This document shows, one piece after another, positions 43,901-52,046 of a stretch of 64,000 nucleotides of DNA. The first letter of the stretch is position 1; each line of letters opens with the position of its first letter. The stretch lies in NCBI GenBank assembly GCA_043806315.1, contig JAZDHF010000266.1, forward strand, positions 7,560 to 71,559, given 5' to 3'. The position numbers were made by a program, and so were the translations under genes. The notes beneath the pieces are model-generated. The model saw only the letters and a list, made by a program, of their open reading frames with translations, had not been told where the DNA came from and ran no database searches. The DNA is from Planctomycetota bacterium (lineage in GTDB: Bacteria; Planctomycetota; Phycisphaerae; UBA1845).

Positions 43901-44233
43901 GTTCTGACCCGCCGCCGCGTCGGTGTCGAAGAAGACCTGGCCGGGGACGCAAGCCACCGGCGCCGTGACTCCCGCCTTGTGACTGATCGGATGCCAAGCA
44001 TAGGAGGCTACGCCGGTCTGGACGCACTCCCAGAGTTGGGTAGGCACAGTCGCCGGGTTACCCGTCTGGAGATAGTAGGAGTTGACTTCCCCCGAGGCGT
44101 CGCAGGAGGCGGCGGTCGGGGCGGCGGTCCCGTAGGCCGTGATGCGTCCGCTCGCCCCGAACACCTGCGCTCGAATCGGAACCGCCGCCAGCGCCAGAAG
44201 CGCCGCCAGAACGATGAATCTAGGCATGGTCAC
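40943..44233 (-). CDS. tailspike, right-handed beta-helix (pectin-lyase-fold) depolymerase-like, signal-peptide-like N-terminus (1096 aa)
   Basis: N-terminus MTMPRFIVLAALLALAAVPIRA-QV. Beta-helix rungs NITIEGHG, LSIHGGNN, VSNVQIFNGRYGLFLNGT, GIIINNADGVWVTNSGF. Confidence 0.8.
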   Translation of the reverse strand: MTMPRFIVLAALLALAAVPIRAQVFGASGRITAYGTAAPTAASCDASGEVNSYYLQTGNPATVPTQLWECVQTGVASYAWHPISHKAGVTAPVACVPGQVFFDTDAAAGQNWFGCTSLDTWTLLSGGSATAPGGANGNVQFNKVGAFGGDSGLSYVLGTQTATIQNLTVPGTLTATLSGNASGSAASITGNLTGDVVSTGMATTLATSVSRYNFAAQTPGGTLNGGAPNTVTLTPMPLGVNHDDAAHYLYISGGTGTAEAVLITGGAGHAGDPTGTITFIPVYNHSGAFNIASATGGIQEAVQASGEPAVIRIAIPDWEATGPIYFHAPVTISKNITIEGHGPGGWMVQRASDFTTGDMFFISGAGKEVWFRDLSIHGGNNIPTSGAGIFYNTGTTARVSNVQIFNGRYGLFLNGTSFSNIDDFLYMNGDMTYKAISGIQITGMAVNTYINRSLSFGYPLTNANVLQYGIIINNADGVWVTNSGFAGDTGIAVTSVTPDYTVNLQFVGCQVDGARSYVLTIAGTGAFGGIRFNDCHFHSQGLTFPAVGPVVAIAYGPTINAGDIEFTGGWIAGGSINGLWIGQNAGTGYIRINGVSITDNNLSNTAAIGAVQIVDGATRVQVTNCPIYNTTGTGHQKYGIVIAGALTDGMISGNSLYNNDTAPLVVGGALTRVVLSENQGIDDVIGTVASGATIAAPMNPTFEVTGTTTVTKITGGWIGREIALVFTNAAPGGVATGGSGAGRIAKTQTVAQNQMLSLVFDGTYWYPGGGGGSGGGGGLGDPGSNGMVGRVAVNTTVSRTLEAGAGILVVNGDLQAGNPTVSADTATMLSRAQGQAGTDTVAIPASASGTVFTATLLPVLTAYTNGMALKFRPDVNCTGTPATLNIDTLGAKKLFGADGATSMACLAGLDYAISYDAALDTAAGAFKELVSTPLFANAAQTTAGSSAALAVTPDGLAGSTIFGTRTVQLEVFGPIDDVATGDGKIYSVVPPGLNGMNLVGVKAQVITASTSGVPTVQITRCAYAATGNACSGVGDDMLSTRMTIDINENSTTSAAAAAVIDATKDDVATDQIIRVDVDVAGTGTKGLIVTLIFQLP

Positions 44234-44574
44234 CCCTTCAGGTGCGCCGCCACCAAAGTAAGGATACGGTTGCCCCCTTGGTTGACCGGCACGCCCGTCG
44301 TACCGCTTCGGACCTTGAGATACTTGATCCCCGCGAATTCGGACACCGGCATGACGATGGCCCGAGATACGGCGGTTGCGACGGAGTACTCCGTACCGCT
44401 GGCGTCGTACAGGTTGTTGTAGGTCACGTTGTCGTCGCTGGACTGGAAGGTAATAACGGCGGCGGTCCAGGCGGCGGGCATGTCGATCCGCGACAACGTG
44501 CCGGAACCCAGATAGACCGCCGCCGACAGACTCTCGCCGTTCAGAATGGTCGCGCTGATGATGTTATTCTGCAT
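44230..44574 (-). CDS. hypothetical small beta protein (114 aa)
   Basis: ORF with an ATGA overlap with the tailspike start. Confidence 0.65.
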   Translation of the reverse strand: MQNNIISATILNGESLSAAVYLGSGTLSRIDMPAAWTAAVITFQSSDDNVTYNNLYDASGTEYSVATAVSRAIVMPVSEFAGIKYLKVRSGTTGVPVNQGGNRILTLVAAHLKG

Positions 44575-44622
44575 CGGGCCGTCTCCTGAAACGGGGGCCG
44601 AAGCCCCCGCTCGTTGGATTGC

Positions 44623-45639
44623 TTACGCGCCGGTTACCGGCAACATCAATCCGGAACCAGTCGTTGCTACCGGGACACGCCCGCTGGTGTAGACGATGCC
44701 CGAAATGCCGGCCGCAGTCTCCCAGTTGAGCGCTCCCACGTAGGAGCAATTGTCCAGGATGATGTACGGCGAATGCCCCCCGGCGGTCACAGCCAGAGCC
44801 TCCAACATGGTGGCTCCGCCGGCGGCGTTGGTCCCGACGTTGAGGAACAGGCAGTTCCGGAACAGAAGCATCCGGTCGTGACCGGCAGATCCACGTCGCA
44901 GGAAGTGGTGGGTATTCGCCCCGGCCCACGTCAAGATGAGACAGTCCTCAAAGACGTTGCGGGTGGCCAATATCGGACCCGTCAGGGAACCGCCCATGAT
45001 GATCTCGGCGTTGTCCGCCGTCCCGCGCGTGATCGTGTCCAGTCCGATGGTGCAACCTTTGAACAGGTTTTCCGAACCCGACAGATACAGACTATAGGCG
45101 TCTGCGATGTCGTTGTTGTCGTGTCCGATCCCGGCGATATGGCAGTTCACGAAGACGTTTCGGTCTCCGGTGACCTTCAAACATCCGGTTGGAAGCGTTC
45201 CCGCCACTCCGGCGTAGAACCCGATGTTCTCGAACCGGCATCCGTCCGCGCTGACGGTGAACAGGTTGCTCGCCGTATCGTAGGTCGAAGCGAATGCGAT
45301 CCTGGACCGATGAGATATCCTCGGCCCGGCGTTCACGCCGATCAGGTGGACGTGATCCTTGGCCCAATCGAGGGTGGCCGATAGATAGTCGGTACACCAG
45401 TACGTTCCGGCGACGTTTCCGCTGGCGTTTCCTTCGGCGTACAAATAAACCACGTCGTTCTGGTTGGCTGTCGCCAACTGCTGCGCTTTGAGCGCCGTCT
45501 TGAGCGAGTGAGTTATGGAGCGACCCTTGTTCCCGTCCAACCCCGTTCGGGGCTTGACGTTAAAGACCTTCCCCTGTGTGTGCATGAACGGGCCGATGAA
45601 CAGGTTGGCCTGGCAAATGTCGAGGTTACTGAGTCCCAT
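44623..45639 (-). CDS. beta-helix protein directly downstream of the capsid gene (338 aa)
   Basis: Repeated N-x-F-x-x-C rungs: NVFVNCHIAG, NLFKGCTIGL, NVFEDCLILT, FRNCLFLNVG. Confidence 0.7.
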   Translation of the reverse strand: MGLSNLDICQANLFIGPFMHTQGKVFNVKPRTGLDGNKGRSITHSLKTALKAQQLATANQNDVVYLYAEGNASGNVAGTYWCTDYLSATLDWAKDHVHLIGVNAGPRISHRSRIAFASTYDTASNLFTVSADGCRFENIGFYAGVAGTLPTGCLKVTGDRNVFVNCHIAGIGHDNNDIADAYSLYLSGSENLFKGCTIGLDTITRGTADNAEIIMGGSLTGPILATRNVFEDCLILTWAGANTHHFLRRGSAGHDRMLLFRNCLFLNVGTNAAGGATMLEALAVTAGGHSPYIILDNCSYVGALNWETAAGISGIVYTSGRVPVATTGSGLMLPVTGA

Positions 45640-45700
45640 TTCGATTTCTCCCTATCCCTTGGTTGTGGGGCCGGTTGCCCGGCCCCGTAGGCGGATACGG

Positions 45701-46630
45701 TTAGGCGCCGGGCGTTCCGACCAGTCCGAGGTAATCGGACCAGCCGAACGACTCGGCGTACCACATTGCCGTCTTGGCACTCCGTGTGTCGAAGTCCACG
45801 TCGTGCAGGGTATCCGGTTCCTCGCGCTGGTAGTGCCGGAGTTCGCTGTCCTCCGGCGCGCACACGACGAACCAGGCGTCCGCGTCGGTCAGATAATCCC
45901 AGCACCAGAAGTCGGTGAAGGCCGGGAAACCGTCGCGGTACTGAAGCGCGTTCACGGCTCGGTTAGCCGTGTCGCTACGGTCGCGGGACTTCAGAACTTC
46001 GCCCGCGGTGAATTCCAGGTCGGAGGGGACGACCAGAGCGCGCGGCGGGATTCTCACCCGCTTGCCGGTCTGGTCCTTCATCTGTCGCATCAAGGTCAGG
46101 ATCAGGCGCAGGCTGTCGTCGTCGAAGTCGGCGGCGGTGGCCAGGATGTTGCTCTGAGTCCCGCCCGTGTAGACCTGCGGGTGAGTCAGCGAAAACAGCG
46201 CCACGCCGTCCGGACCCGCCGTCGCGCCAGCCGTAAACCCGTTGTTGAACGTTGCCGCGTGCGCGAGTTCGCGGGTCTCCTTGGCGCTCTTGCCGAGTTC
46301 GGTCGCCATCCGCTTGATGATGCCGAACTTGTCGTCCCGGATCAGTTGGTGTGAGGTCTTGAAACCCTTCGCGTAATCCAGGTGCGTATAGGTCTTGTCG
46401 AACAACTGCACCGGCTGGTCGTAACTGACCGCCGCGCCTTCGTTCAACGTGGTGAACAGTCCCATCCCGCTGATTCCGGTGGTCTGTTCGTTCGACCGGC
46501 TAGATGTCATCTGCCGGAAAATGCGCTTCCACTGGTCGGGGTATTGGCCGAACTTGCCCATGATTACCTCGTCCAGCATGGGAAGCATCGTGGTGAGTTG
46601 CGTGTCGGTGTACTGAGCTCTTGTCATCAT
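45701..46630 (-). CDS. major capsid protein (HK97-fold type, 309 aa)
   Basis: Position after the scaffold and decoration-like genes, typical size, and a sequence that reads like an HK97-family MCP by eye. Confidence 0.75.
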   Translation of the reverse strand: MMTRAQYTDTQLTTMLPMLDEVIMGKFGQYPDQWKRIFRQMTSSRSNEQTTGISGMGLFTTLNEGAAVSYDQPVQLFDKTYTHLDYAKGFKTSHQLIRDDKFGIIKRMATELGKSAKETRELAHAATFNNGFTAGATAGPDGVALFSLTHPQVYTGGTQSNILATAADFDDDSLRLILTLMRQMKDQTGKRVRIPPRALVVPSDLEFTAGEVLKSRDRSDTANRAVNALQYRDGFPAFTDFWCWDYLTDADAWFVVCAPEDSELRHYQREEPDTLHDVDFDTRSAKTAMWYAESFGWSDYLGLVGTPGA

Positions 46631-46645
46631 GGTGATCCGTCTCCT

Positions 46646-47167
46646 TTACACACCGACCGTCGCACCGTGCATCCGGTGGCTGTTGAACAGAACCTCGACG
46701 CGGCACCAACCGCCGTAGGCGTTGTCGGGCACGTTGAGTTTCTGAAGCAGGTGAACGTCGAACGTGGCGGTTTCGGCGGCGCCCGTCTCGTTGATCTCGT
46801 GACCCGAGATCTGAGTGATAGCCGATCCGGCTCCGGCTACGAGGTCGGCGTTCAACCCCATGTCCGCTTCCGCGAAACCGTCCGTCGCGTTGTTGTCCTG
46901 GGCCTCGAAGACCACGTAGGGGTCCTCGATGCACAGGTGAGTGGTGGCGGTGAGCGTCGCTCCGTAGTTCAGCGCGACGCCGCTGATAAGCAACGTGTGC
47001 GCGCTCAAACTCGAATCGATAGTCCCGTCGTTCAGGCGATTGTAAGCGTCCCCGATGAAGATCGCCGGTTCGCTCCCTACCGCCTTACTGCGTTCCGCAA
47101 GGATGATGGCTCCGCCTTGGTAGTGACGGAGGGGCCTCAACCCATGCGGATTGTCCGCATTGGCCAT
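46646..47167 (-). CDS. head decoration-like protein (173 aa)
   Basis: ORF immediately upstream of the MCP. Beta-rich with a DNPHGLRP N-terminus. The call rests on position only. Confidence 0.45.
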   Translation of the reverse strand: MANADNPHGLRPLRHYQGGAIILAERSKAVGSEPAIFIGDAYNRLNDGTIDSSLSAHTLLISGVALNYGATLTATTHLCIEDPYVVFEAQDNNATDGFAEADMGLNADLVAGAGSAITQISGHEINETGAAETATFDVHLLQKLNVPDNAYGGWCRVEVLFNSHRMHGATVGV

Positions 47168-47185
47168 TTGATTCTCCTTTGTGTG

Positions 47186-47929
47186 TTACTCGACTGCGTT
47201 ACCTCGTCGGATGTGAACACCTTCCGCGGCGACCGGCTGGCCGCCGCTGCGGAGAATCTCGCCGGGCCTGATAGCCAAGCCACCTTCGCGAACGAACCGC
47301 TCCTGGTTCACCTGCATTCTTTCGCCAATCTCTTTTTGCTGAGCGTCGGACTCGGCCTTGTTGCGCGCGCGCCGCTTCGCCGCCATCTCCTCGGGCATCT
47401 CGCCCAGGAATAGGTTGCGTCCGACCTTTACTAACTCGCCGCGCTTATTCTTGACCGGATTCCACCCACGCAGACCGGCCTGGTTGCATCGCTTCTCGCC
47501 GAGAAACCGCTGAGCCATGCCCGGTTTCGCAAATGCGCTCGCGGTGTCCTTGAGGATGTCCGGATTCTCGAAGTTCTGAAATTCCCGATCCTCGGTAGGG
47601 GGACTGTAAGTTCTCGTTTCCCACTTCTTACCAGTCTCGCTCTCGAATGCCGCGATGCCTTCGTCCGTGTTGCGGAATGCGATCAGCGCCACCTGCTCCG
47701 GCGTGAAGTGCAGGTCGGCGATCAACTTCCCGCCCATGTGACACTGCGCGATGTCGATTTCGCGTTCCATGGAACCTTCCGGGGCGACGAACACTTTCGA
47801 CTCACCCACGCCCGCAAAGACCCCGGATTCCCTTCGCGCTTCGCTGCGCGCCTGACGCACCGCCTTCTCCCGCTTGTGGCGTTCCCGCGTCTCCGCCGCT
47901 TTCTGCCGCGCTTCAAGTGTCCAAGCCAT
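47186..47929 (-). CDS. hypothetical head-assembly protein (247 aa)
   Basis: ORF whose ATG overlaps the scaffold stop (TAATG at 47929). Confidence 0.65.
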   Translation of the reverse strand: MAWTLEARQKAAETRERHKREKAVRQARSEARRESGVFAGVGESKVFVAPEGSMEREIDIAQCHMGGKLIADLHFTPEQVALIAFRNTDEGIAAFESETGKKWETRTYSPPTEDREFQNFENPDILKDTASAFAKPGMAQRFLGEKRCNQAGLRGWNPVKNKRGELVKVGRNLFLGEMPEEMAAKRRARNKAESDAQQKEIGERMQVNQERFVREGGLAIRPGEILRSGGQPVAAEGVHIRRGNAVE

Positions 47930-48828
47930 TACTGGAACCTCCCTTGCGTGTCGCGTCCGGGTCGGTAGACCATGCGGGGACCCCGCGCCATTCGCTTGAG
48001 AAGAGCCTCCTCGGAAATGTCCGGGCCGCCGCCCGCCTGATTGAACTTCCGCATCATGTCCTTGGCTTCGTCGTCAAGGGCGATGGGTTTGTCGTCCGAG
48101 AACTCGCCGCCGCCATAGCGTCCCGTATCGCCCGCTTGCGCCGCGATACGAGTGCGGCGCTCGGCTTCGGTCTCTTTCGGTTTCCTGGCTTCCGCGATCT
48201 CGAAGGCGGCCTTCAGCCGCGCCGTTGCGGTCTTGACCGCGATCTTGATGGCGGCGGGGCTTTTGGCAAGGGACTTGTCGAGCGAGATCATTTCCTGATA
48301 GTCCTTCTGGGTCTCCCTGAAGAGTTCGCTCGACTCGTTCTCCAAATCCGGGTATTTGGCAATCAGTTGAGCGTGACTCGTGGCACTTCCGATCTTGGCG
48401 TCAACCCTGGCTTGAATAGTCTCTTCGATGTCCTTCGCCGGCAGGTATCCGCGTTTCGCCATGTACTCGTCGATGGCCTTGGACCCGACCGTGGCGAGTT
48501 TGTTCACGAACTTATCGGGATCTTCGTCCTCGTCTGGTTCGGCCGGGGCCGCCTTCGTTCGTTTGGCCGGCGGCTCGTCCTCATCGCCCCTGGGCGCAGT
48601 GACGCCTTGGGCTTTGTTGTACCAGTGCAGGGCGCTTTGGTTCAGTTCCTCGATCTGCCTGTTCTTTTCCGCGAGTTCGGTCTCGTAATCGCGGGCGGGT
48701 TTGCCGTCGGGCTTCGCGTCGGCCTTGACAGCGGGTTTCTTGTCGGGTTCGCCGCCCGGCGGTTTGCCGGAGTCGGGAACGGGTGGAGATGCGGCGTCTG
48801 GACCGCCGACAATCTCGGGATCGGGCAT
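47929..48828 (-). CDS. scaffolding protein candidate (299 aa)
   Basis: Highly charged and helical with Pro/Lys/Glu/Asp-rich linkers, lying between the portal and capsid genes. Confidence 0.65.
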   Translation of the reverse strand: MPDPEIVGGPDAASPPVPDSGKPPGGEPDKKPAVKADAKPDGKPARDYETELAEKNRQIEELNQSALHWYNKAQGVTAPRGDEDEPPAKRTKAAPAEPDEDEDPDKFVNKLATVGSKAIDEYMAKRGYLPAKDIEETIQARVDAKIGSATSHAQLIAKYPDLENESSELFRETQKDYQEMISLDKSLAKSPAAIKIAVKTATARLKAAFEIAEARKPKETEAERRTRIAAQAGDTGRYGGGEFSDDKPIALDDEAKDMMRKFNQAGGGPDISEEALLKRMARGPRMVYRPGRDTQGRFQ

Positions 48829-48926
48829 AGGTTCACCTTTCGTATTGATTTGGACTGCCAGCGGGAATATCGGCAGGGGAAATGTGAAAGCCTATCGCGG
48901 GAAAGGACTAAGGGGCGTTACGGGGA

Positions 48927-49268
48927 CTACTTCAATCCGCGAATGTGGCCGTACTGAGTGCTGCCGTACAAATCCCTCCGTTTGGGTTCGTACTTCGCGG
49001 AACAGGGGAGACACAACACTTGCAGAATGGCATCCTTGTAGTGGAGTTTCATACGGACTTCGGGATTGACTTGCTTCAGGTGGGCAAACGTAACGCCGCA
49101 CTCCTGACAACCGCGCGGCGGGTTCAGGCAAAGTACCTTCAATGCTTTGTTGTGGCGCTCATGACATGCCCAACACAGGTAACCCGAGCGAACGTCGCCT
49201 ATTAGTTCGCGCGGATCTATGTAGTGCGAACACAATTTACACCGCTTGCCGAAGATGATGACGGGCAT
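48927..49268 (-). CDS. four-CxxC zinc-binding protein (113 aa)
   Basis: CKLC, CWAC, CQEC and CLPC. GDVRSGYLCWAC weakly recalls the endonuclease VII core (G.VRGLLC..CN), but the DHDH motif is absent. Confidence 0.6.
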   Translation of the reverse strand: MPVIIFGKRCKLCSHYIDPRELIGDVRSGYLCWACHERHNKALKVLCLNPPRGCQECGVTFAHLKQVNPEVRMKLHYKDAILQVLCLPCSAKYEPKRRDLYGSTQYGHIRGLK

Positions 49269-49274
49269 GGTCAG

Positions 49275-49349
49275 TTACTTCTTCTTACAGGGCCTCGGCG
49301 GACGCTTCGGCGGAACTATTGCCTTCGGATATGCGGCCCGAGTCATCAT
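49275..49349 (-). CDS. micro-ORF C (24 aa, MMTRAAYPKAIVPPKRPPRPCKKK)
   Basis: Hand translation. ATGA overlap with micro-ORF B at 49346-49349. Confidence 0.3.
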   Translation of the reverse strand: MMTRAAYPKAIVPPKRPPRPCKKK

Positions 49350-49480
49350 TTCTTCTTCGCTCCTCCCTTCCCCGCCGGAGGTTTCGCCATCGGCGGTTTC
49401 GGTACGCCACCGGACTTCGCCCATGGCGGAATCCATGCGGGTTTCGTCGGTCTCGGAGCCGACTTCGGCGCTGGTTTCAT
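49346..49480 (-). CDS. micro-ORF B (44 aa, Pro/Lys-rich)
   Basis: Hand translation MKPAPKSAPRPTKPAWIPPWAKSGGVPKPPMAKPPAGKGGAKKK. ATGA overlaps at both ends. Confidence 0.35.
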   Translation of the reverse strand: MKPAPKSAPRPTKPAWIPPWAKSGGVPKPPMAKPPAGKGGAKKK

Positions 49481-49647
49481 TTTCGTTTCTCTCCTCGTTT
49501 GATTACCGCGTTCGCCCGCCGAATCGCGGACCCTTCACTCGCTCCCTTGGCGAGTAGACGATCAGCGATGTGCGCCCACTGGCGCTGTTCCTCCGGCGTG
49601 TCGGCTTTCTTGGTATGCGACTTTGCCTGCGACGGTTTCCAGGGCAT
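49477..49647 (-). CDS. micro-ORF A (56 aa, basic)
   Basis: Hand translation MPWKPSQAKSHTKKADTPEEQRQWAHIADRLLAKGASEGSAIRRANAVIKRGEKRK. TAATG overlap with the 84-aa gene at 49647. Confidence 0.45.
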   Translation of the reverse strand: MPWKPSQAKSHTKKADTPEEQRQWAHIADRLLAKGASEGSAIRRANAVIKRGEKRK

Positions 49648-49901
49648 TACTTACCCCCCTCTTTCAACTGCTCGGCGATCTCTTCTATAAGGATACGCGG
49701 GGCCTGCAAAGCCAACCTCAGCCCATCGCGTTTCCCTCTAGCTTCCCGCACCACGTCCCAGTTCGGGGCCTTGTGCTCCTCGTCGGCGGCGCGAAGTTCC
49801 AGCGACTCCAGTTTGCGGACGATCAGCGCCCATCCCGCACTGGCGAGGACCTGTTCGAGGTGCTGGAGTTCGATGGCGGTGGTGCGGATCGGCAGGTTCA
49901 T
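49647..49901 (-). CDS. hypothetical protein (84 aa)
   Basis: ORF with an ATGA overlap with the portal stop. Confidence 0.6.
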   Translation of the reverse strand: MNLPIRTTAIELQHLEQVLASAGWALIVRKLESLELRAADEEHKAPNWDVVREARGKRDGLRLALQAPRILIEEIAEQLKEGGK

Positions 49902-52042
49902 TGCGTCTCCGGCAACCCGAGCGGCTGGTTAGCGCCCTCAAGCCCCGCCTCGAACTCATCGGGGGGCAGACCTCCAGGGATGGGCGGTGGGCTTGCCGAA
50001 CCCGGCGTCGGAGGAATTGCGCCGGGCCGACCTGGAGGAACCGCTCCCATCCCCGGAGTGGCAGGCGAACCCGGAGCCTGCTGGCTCGCCTGAACCTGCT
50101 GGGCCATCTTCTCGGCCAAAGCCGACATCATAACCTTCGCCATCTTCTGTTTCTGGTGCTCTTTGATGTGCGCCGCCATCATTTGTTGCGCCTGCCGGTC
50201 GGTGCTGCTGTCGGCCCGTTGGACGTGGTCGATGACGTGCAACTCGTCGTTGTCCTCGGGGTGCGCGTGAATCTCTTCACCCTGAAGCATTAGGGTCCAC
50301 TCTTCCTTGGGGTTCTTCATCAGACCCATGTCCGGCGGTTCGGGAACCACGTCGGCGAAATTGTCGTCACCCAGGGCTGCATGGATCTTCTTGGCTAACG
50401 TCCACAACGCCTTGGGACTCTGGACGATCAGCGGGTTGGTCAGATCCAACTGATACATCGCGAGGGCGTTCTGTTTCTTCGCCTCGCGCGACCAGACGCT
50501 CGACGCGAACCGGATGTCGAAGTCGTATCGCCCCGCCCGTTCCCCCTTGGCGATCTTGGCCCCTCCGCCTTGCAAACTGTGGCCGGGCAAGTCGTCCTCG
50601 GCTACACGGAAGAACAATTCCTCCGGAGCGTAGAGGCAGTCGAGTTCCCAGATGTCGCGCAGGATCGTCCGCATGTCCTCGCGCAGGAACCGCACGTCCA
50701 GACCGCTCAACCGGATGTTCCCCTGCTCGATCATGGCGATCTGGCCGGTTGCCGTGCGCGGCTCGTTGGGGCGGTCGCTCGAACGACCCATCCCGAACGA
50801 TGACAGGCCGGCGGTTTTCTCGCCTATCGCCTCGATCGCTTGGCTCTTGATGGTGAATGCCACCGGGTCGAACGAACCTTTGACCTCGCGCACGGCAGAC
50901 GGGTCCGTGGTCGGGTATGCCATCCGCGGCGCCAGTTTTTGAACCTTCGGGTCCCAACCCTCTCCGGGTTTGTAGAAGACCGACGGCGACGAAGCGAACT
51001 CTCCCGCCTCCGTCATGATGTTGTGATTGGCGCTCTCCTCATCCTCCAGATGGCCGATCTGTTCCCCCGTCCCCGAAGGCCAGTAGGAACCGTCGTAGAC
51101 TAGAGACGTTTCCGCAAACGGCCGCTTGTTCTGCATCCCAGGCCGGATCTCTTCGAGGTCCTGGACGCCGATGATCCCATCGCGTCCCTCCAAGGTAACG
51201 TCGGGTAGCATTCGCACGACCAAGTGCCGGGGCGGAACGGCCTTGTCCTTTTTCGCTTCAGACCGCCAGTACCCGTACCACTCCCAGACCTGCAAGGTGT
51301 TCCGGGGGGACAGACCGCCCTCGTATAGAACTCCTTCGGCCTCGTCCTTGTCGGCCTGGACCGGCTCGGTGGAAGCGTCGCGGTGGATTCCCTCCTCCGC
51401 CGCCCCGATAATTTTGACCCAGTCCTTGCGGATGCCCTGGTAAAGCGTCCCCTCTCTCGACAGGAGTTCGTCCGGGGTGGCGCGGTATTTCCGCACGACG
51501 AACGAGAACTTCTGGATCGAATCCACGTTCTCGGCGGGAACCACGATGTCGTCGGGCCAGAGCGGGAAGAAGCCGGGCCGGTCCTCGTACACGTCTCCCG
51601 TGCATGGGTCGATCTCCTGCCACCACGGCGTGTAGGCGATGGACTTGCCGAACAATCGGCGCCGGAATGTGAACACCGCCAGCGGCCTGGTCGCGTTCAT
51701 GCTGTCCAGAACGCGCCAAGTCATGTAGCGTCCGATCTTCTCCACGTTACGCTGGTCCGCCGGGCCGGTGGGTTTCGCGATGATCTCGGCATCGTCGCCC
51801 ATCAGCGCGTCGAAGTCGCGCGCCCAAAGCTGGAAGACGTACCACTGGACCATGGGCACGCGGAAGTTCGACCGCCCCTTCTCGTCCGCCGATTGCGGAT
51901 CGTAGCGGCAACGCCACCGTTGCCATAGATCGCGCATCTTCTCCAGGCGTTCTTGATGCTGCGGCAGCGCCCCGGTGAAGTCCTCGCGGATGCGGTAGGC
52001 CAGCCGCTTCAGTTCGGCCTCGGGCAGTTTCAGTTGCGCCAT
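49898..52042 (-). CDS. portal protein (714 aa)
   Basis: Lies immediately downstream of TerL (a 4-nt gap), is of portal size, and has a Pro/Gly-rich C-terminal tail. Confidence 0.75.
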   Translation of the reverse strand: MAQLKLPEAELKRLAYRIREDFTGALPQHQERLEKMRDLWQRWRCRYDPQSADEKGRSNFRVPMVQWYVFQLWARDFDALMGDDAEIIAKPTGPADQRNVEKIGRYMTWRVLDSMNATRPLAVFTFRRRLFGKSIAYTPWWQEIDPCTGDVYEDRPGFFPLWPDDIVVPAENVDSIQKFSFVVRKYRATPDELLSREGTLYQGIRKDWVKIIGAAEEGIHRDASTEPVQADKDEAEGVLYEGGLSPRNTLQVWEWYGYWRSEAKKDKAVPPRHLVVRMLPDVTLEGRDGIIGVQDLEEIRPGMQNKRPFAETSLVYDGSYWPSGTGEQIGHLEDEESANHNIMTEAGEFASSPSVFYKPGEGWDPKVQKLAPRMAYPTTDPSAVREVKGSFDPVAFTIKSQAIEAIGEKTAGLSSFGMGRSSDRPNEPRTATGQIAMIEQGNIRLSGLDVRFLREDMRTILRDIWELDCLYAPEELFFRVAEDDLPGHSLQGGGAKIAKGERAGRYDFDIRFASSVWSREAKKQNALAMYQLDLTNPLIVQSPKALWTLAKKIHAALGDDNFADVVPEPPDMGLMKNPKEEWTLMLQGEEIHAHPEDNDELHVIDHVQRADSSTDRQAQQMMAAHIKEHQKQKMAKVMMSALAEKMAQQVQASQQAPGSPATPGMGAVPPGRPGAIPPTPGSASPPPIPGGLPPDEFEAGLEGANQPLGLPETQ

Positions 52043-52046
52043 GTTC

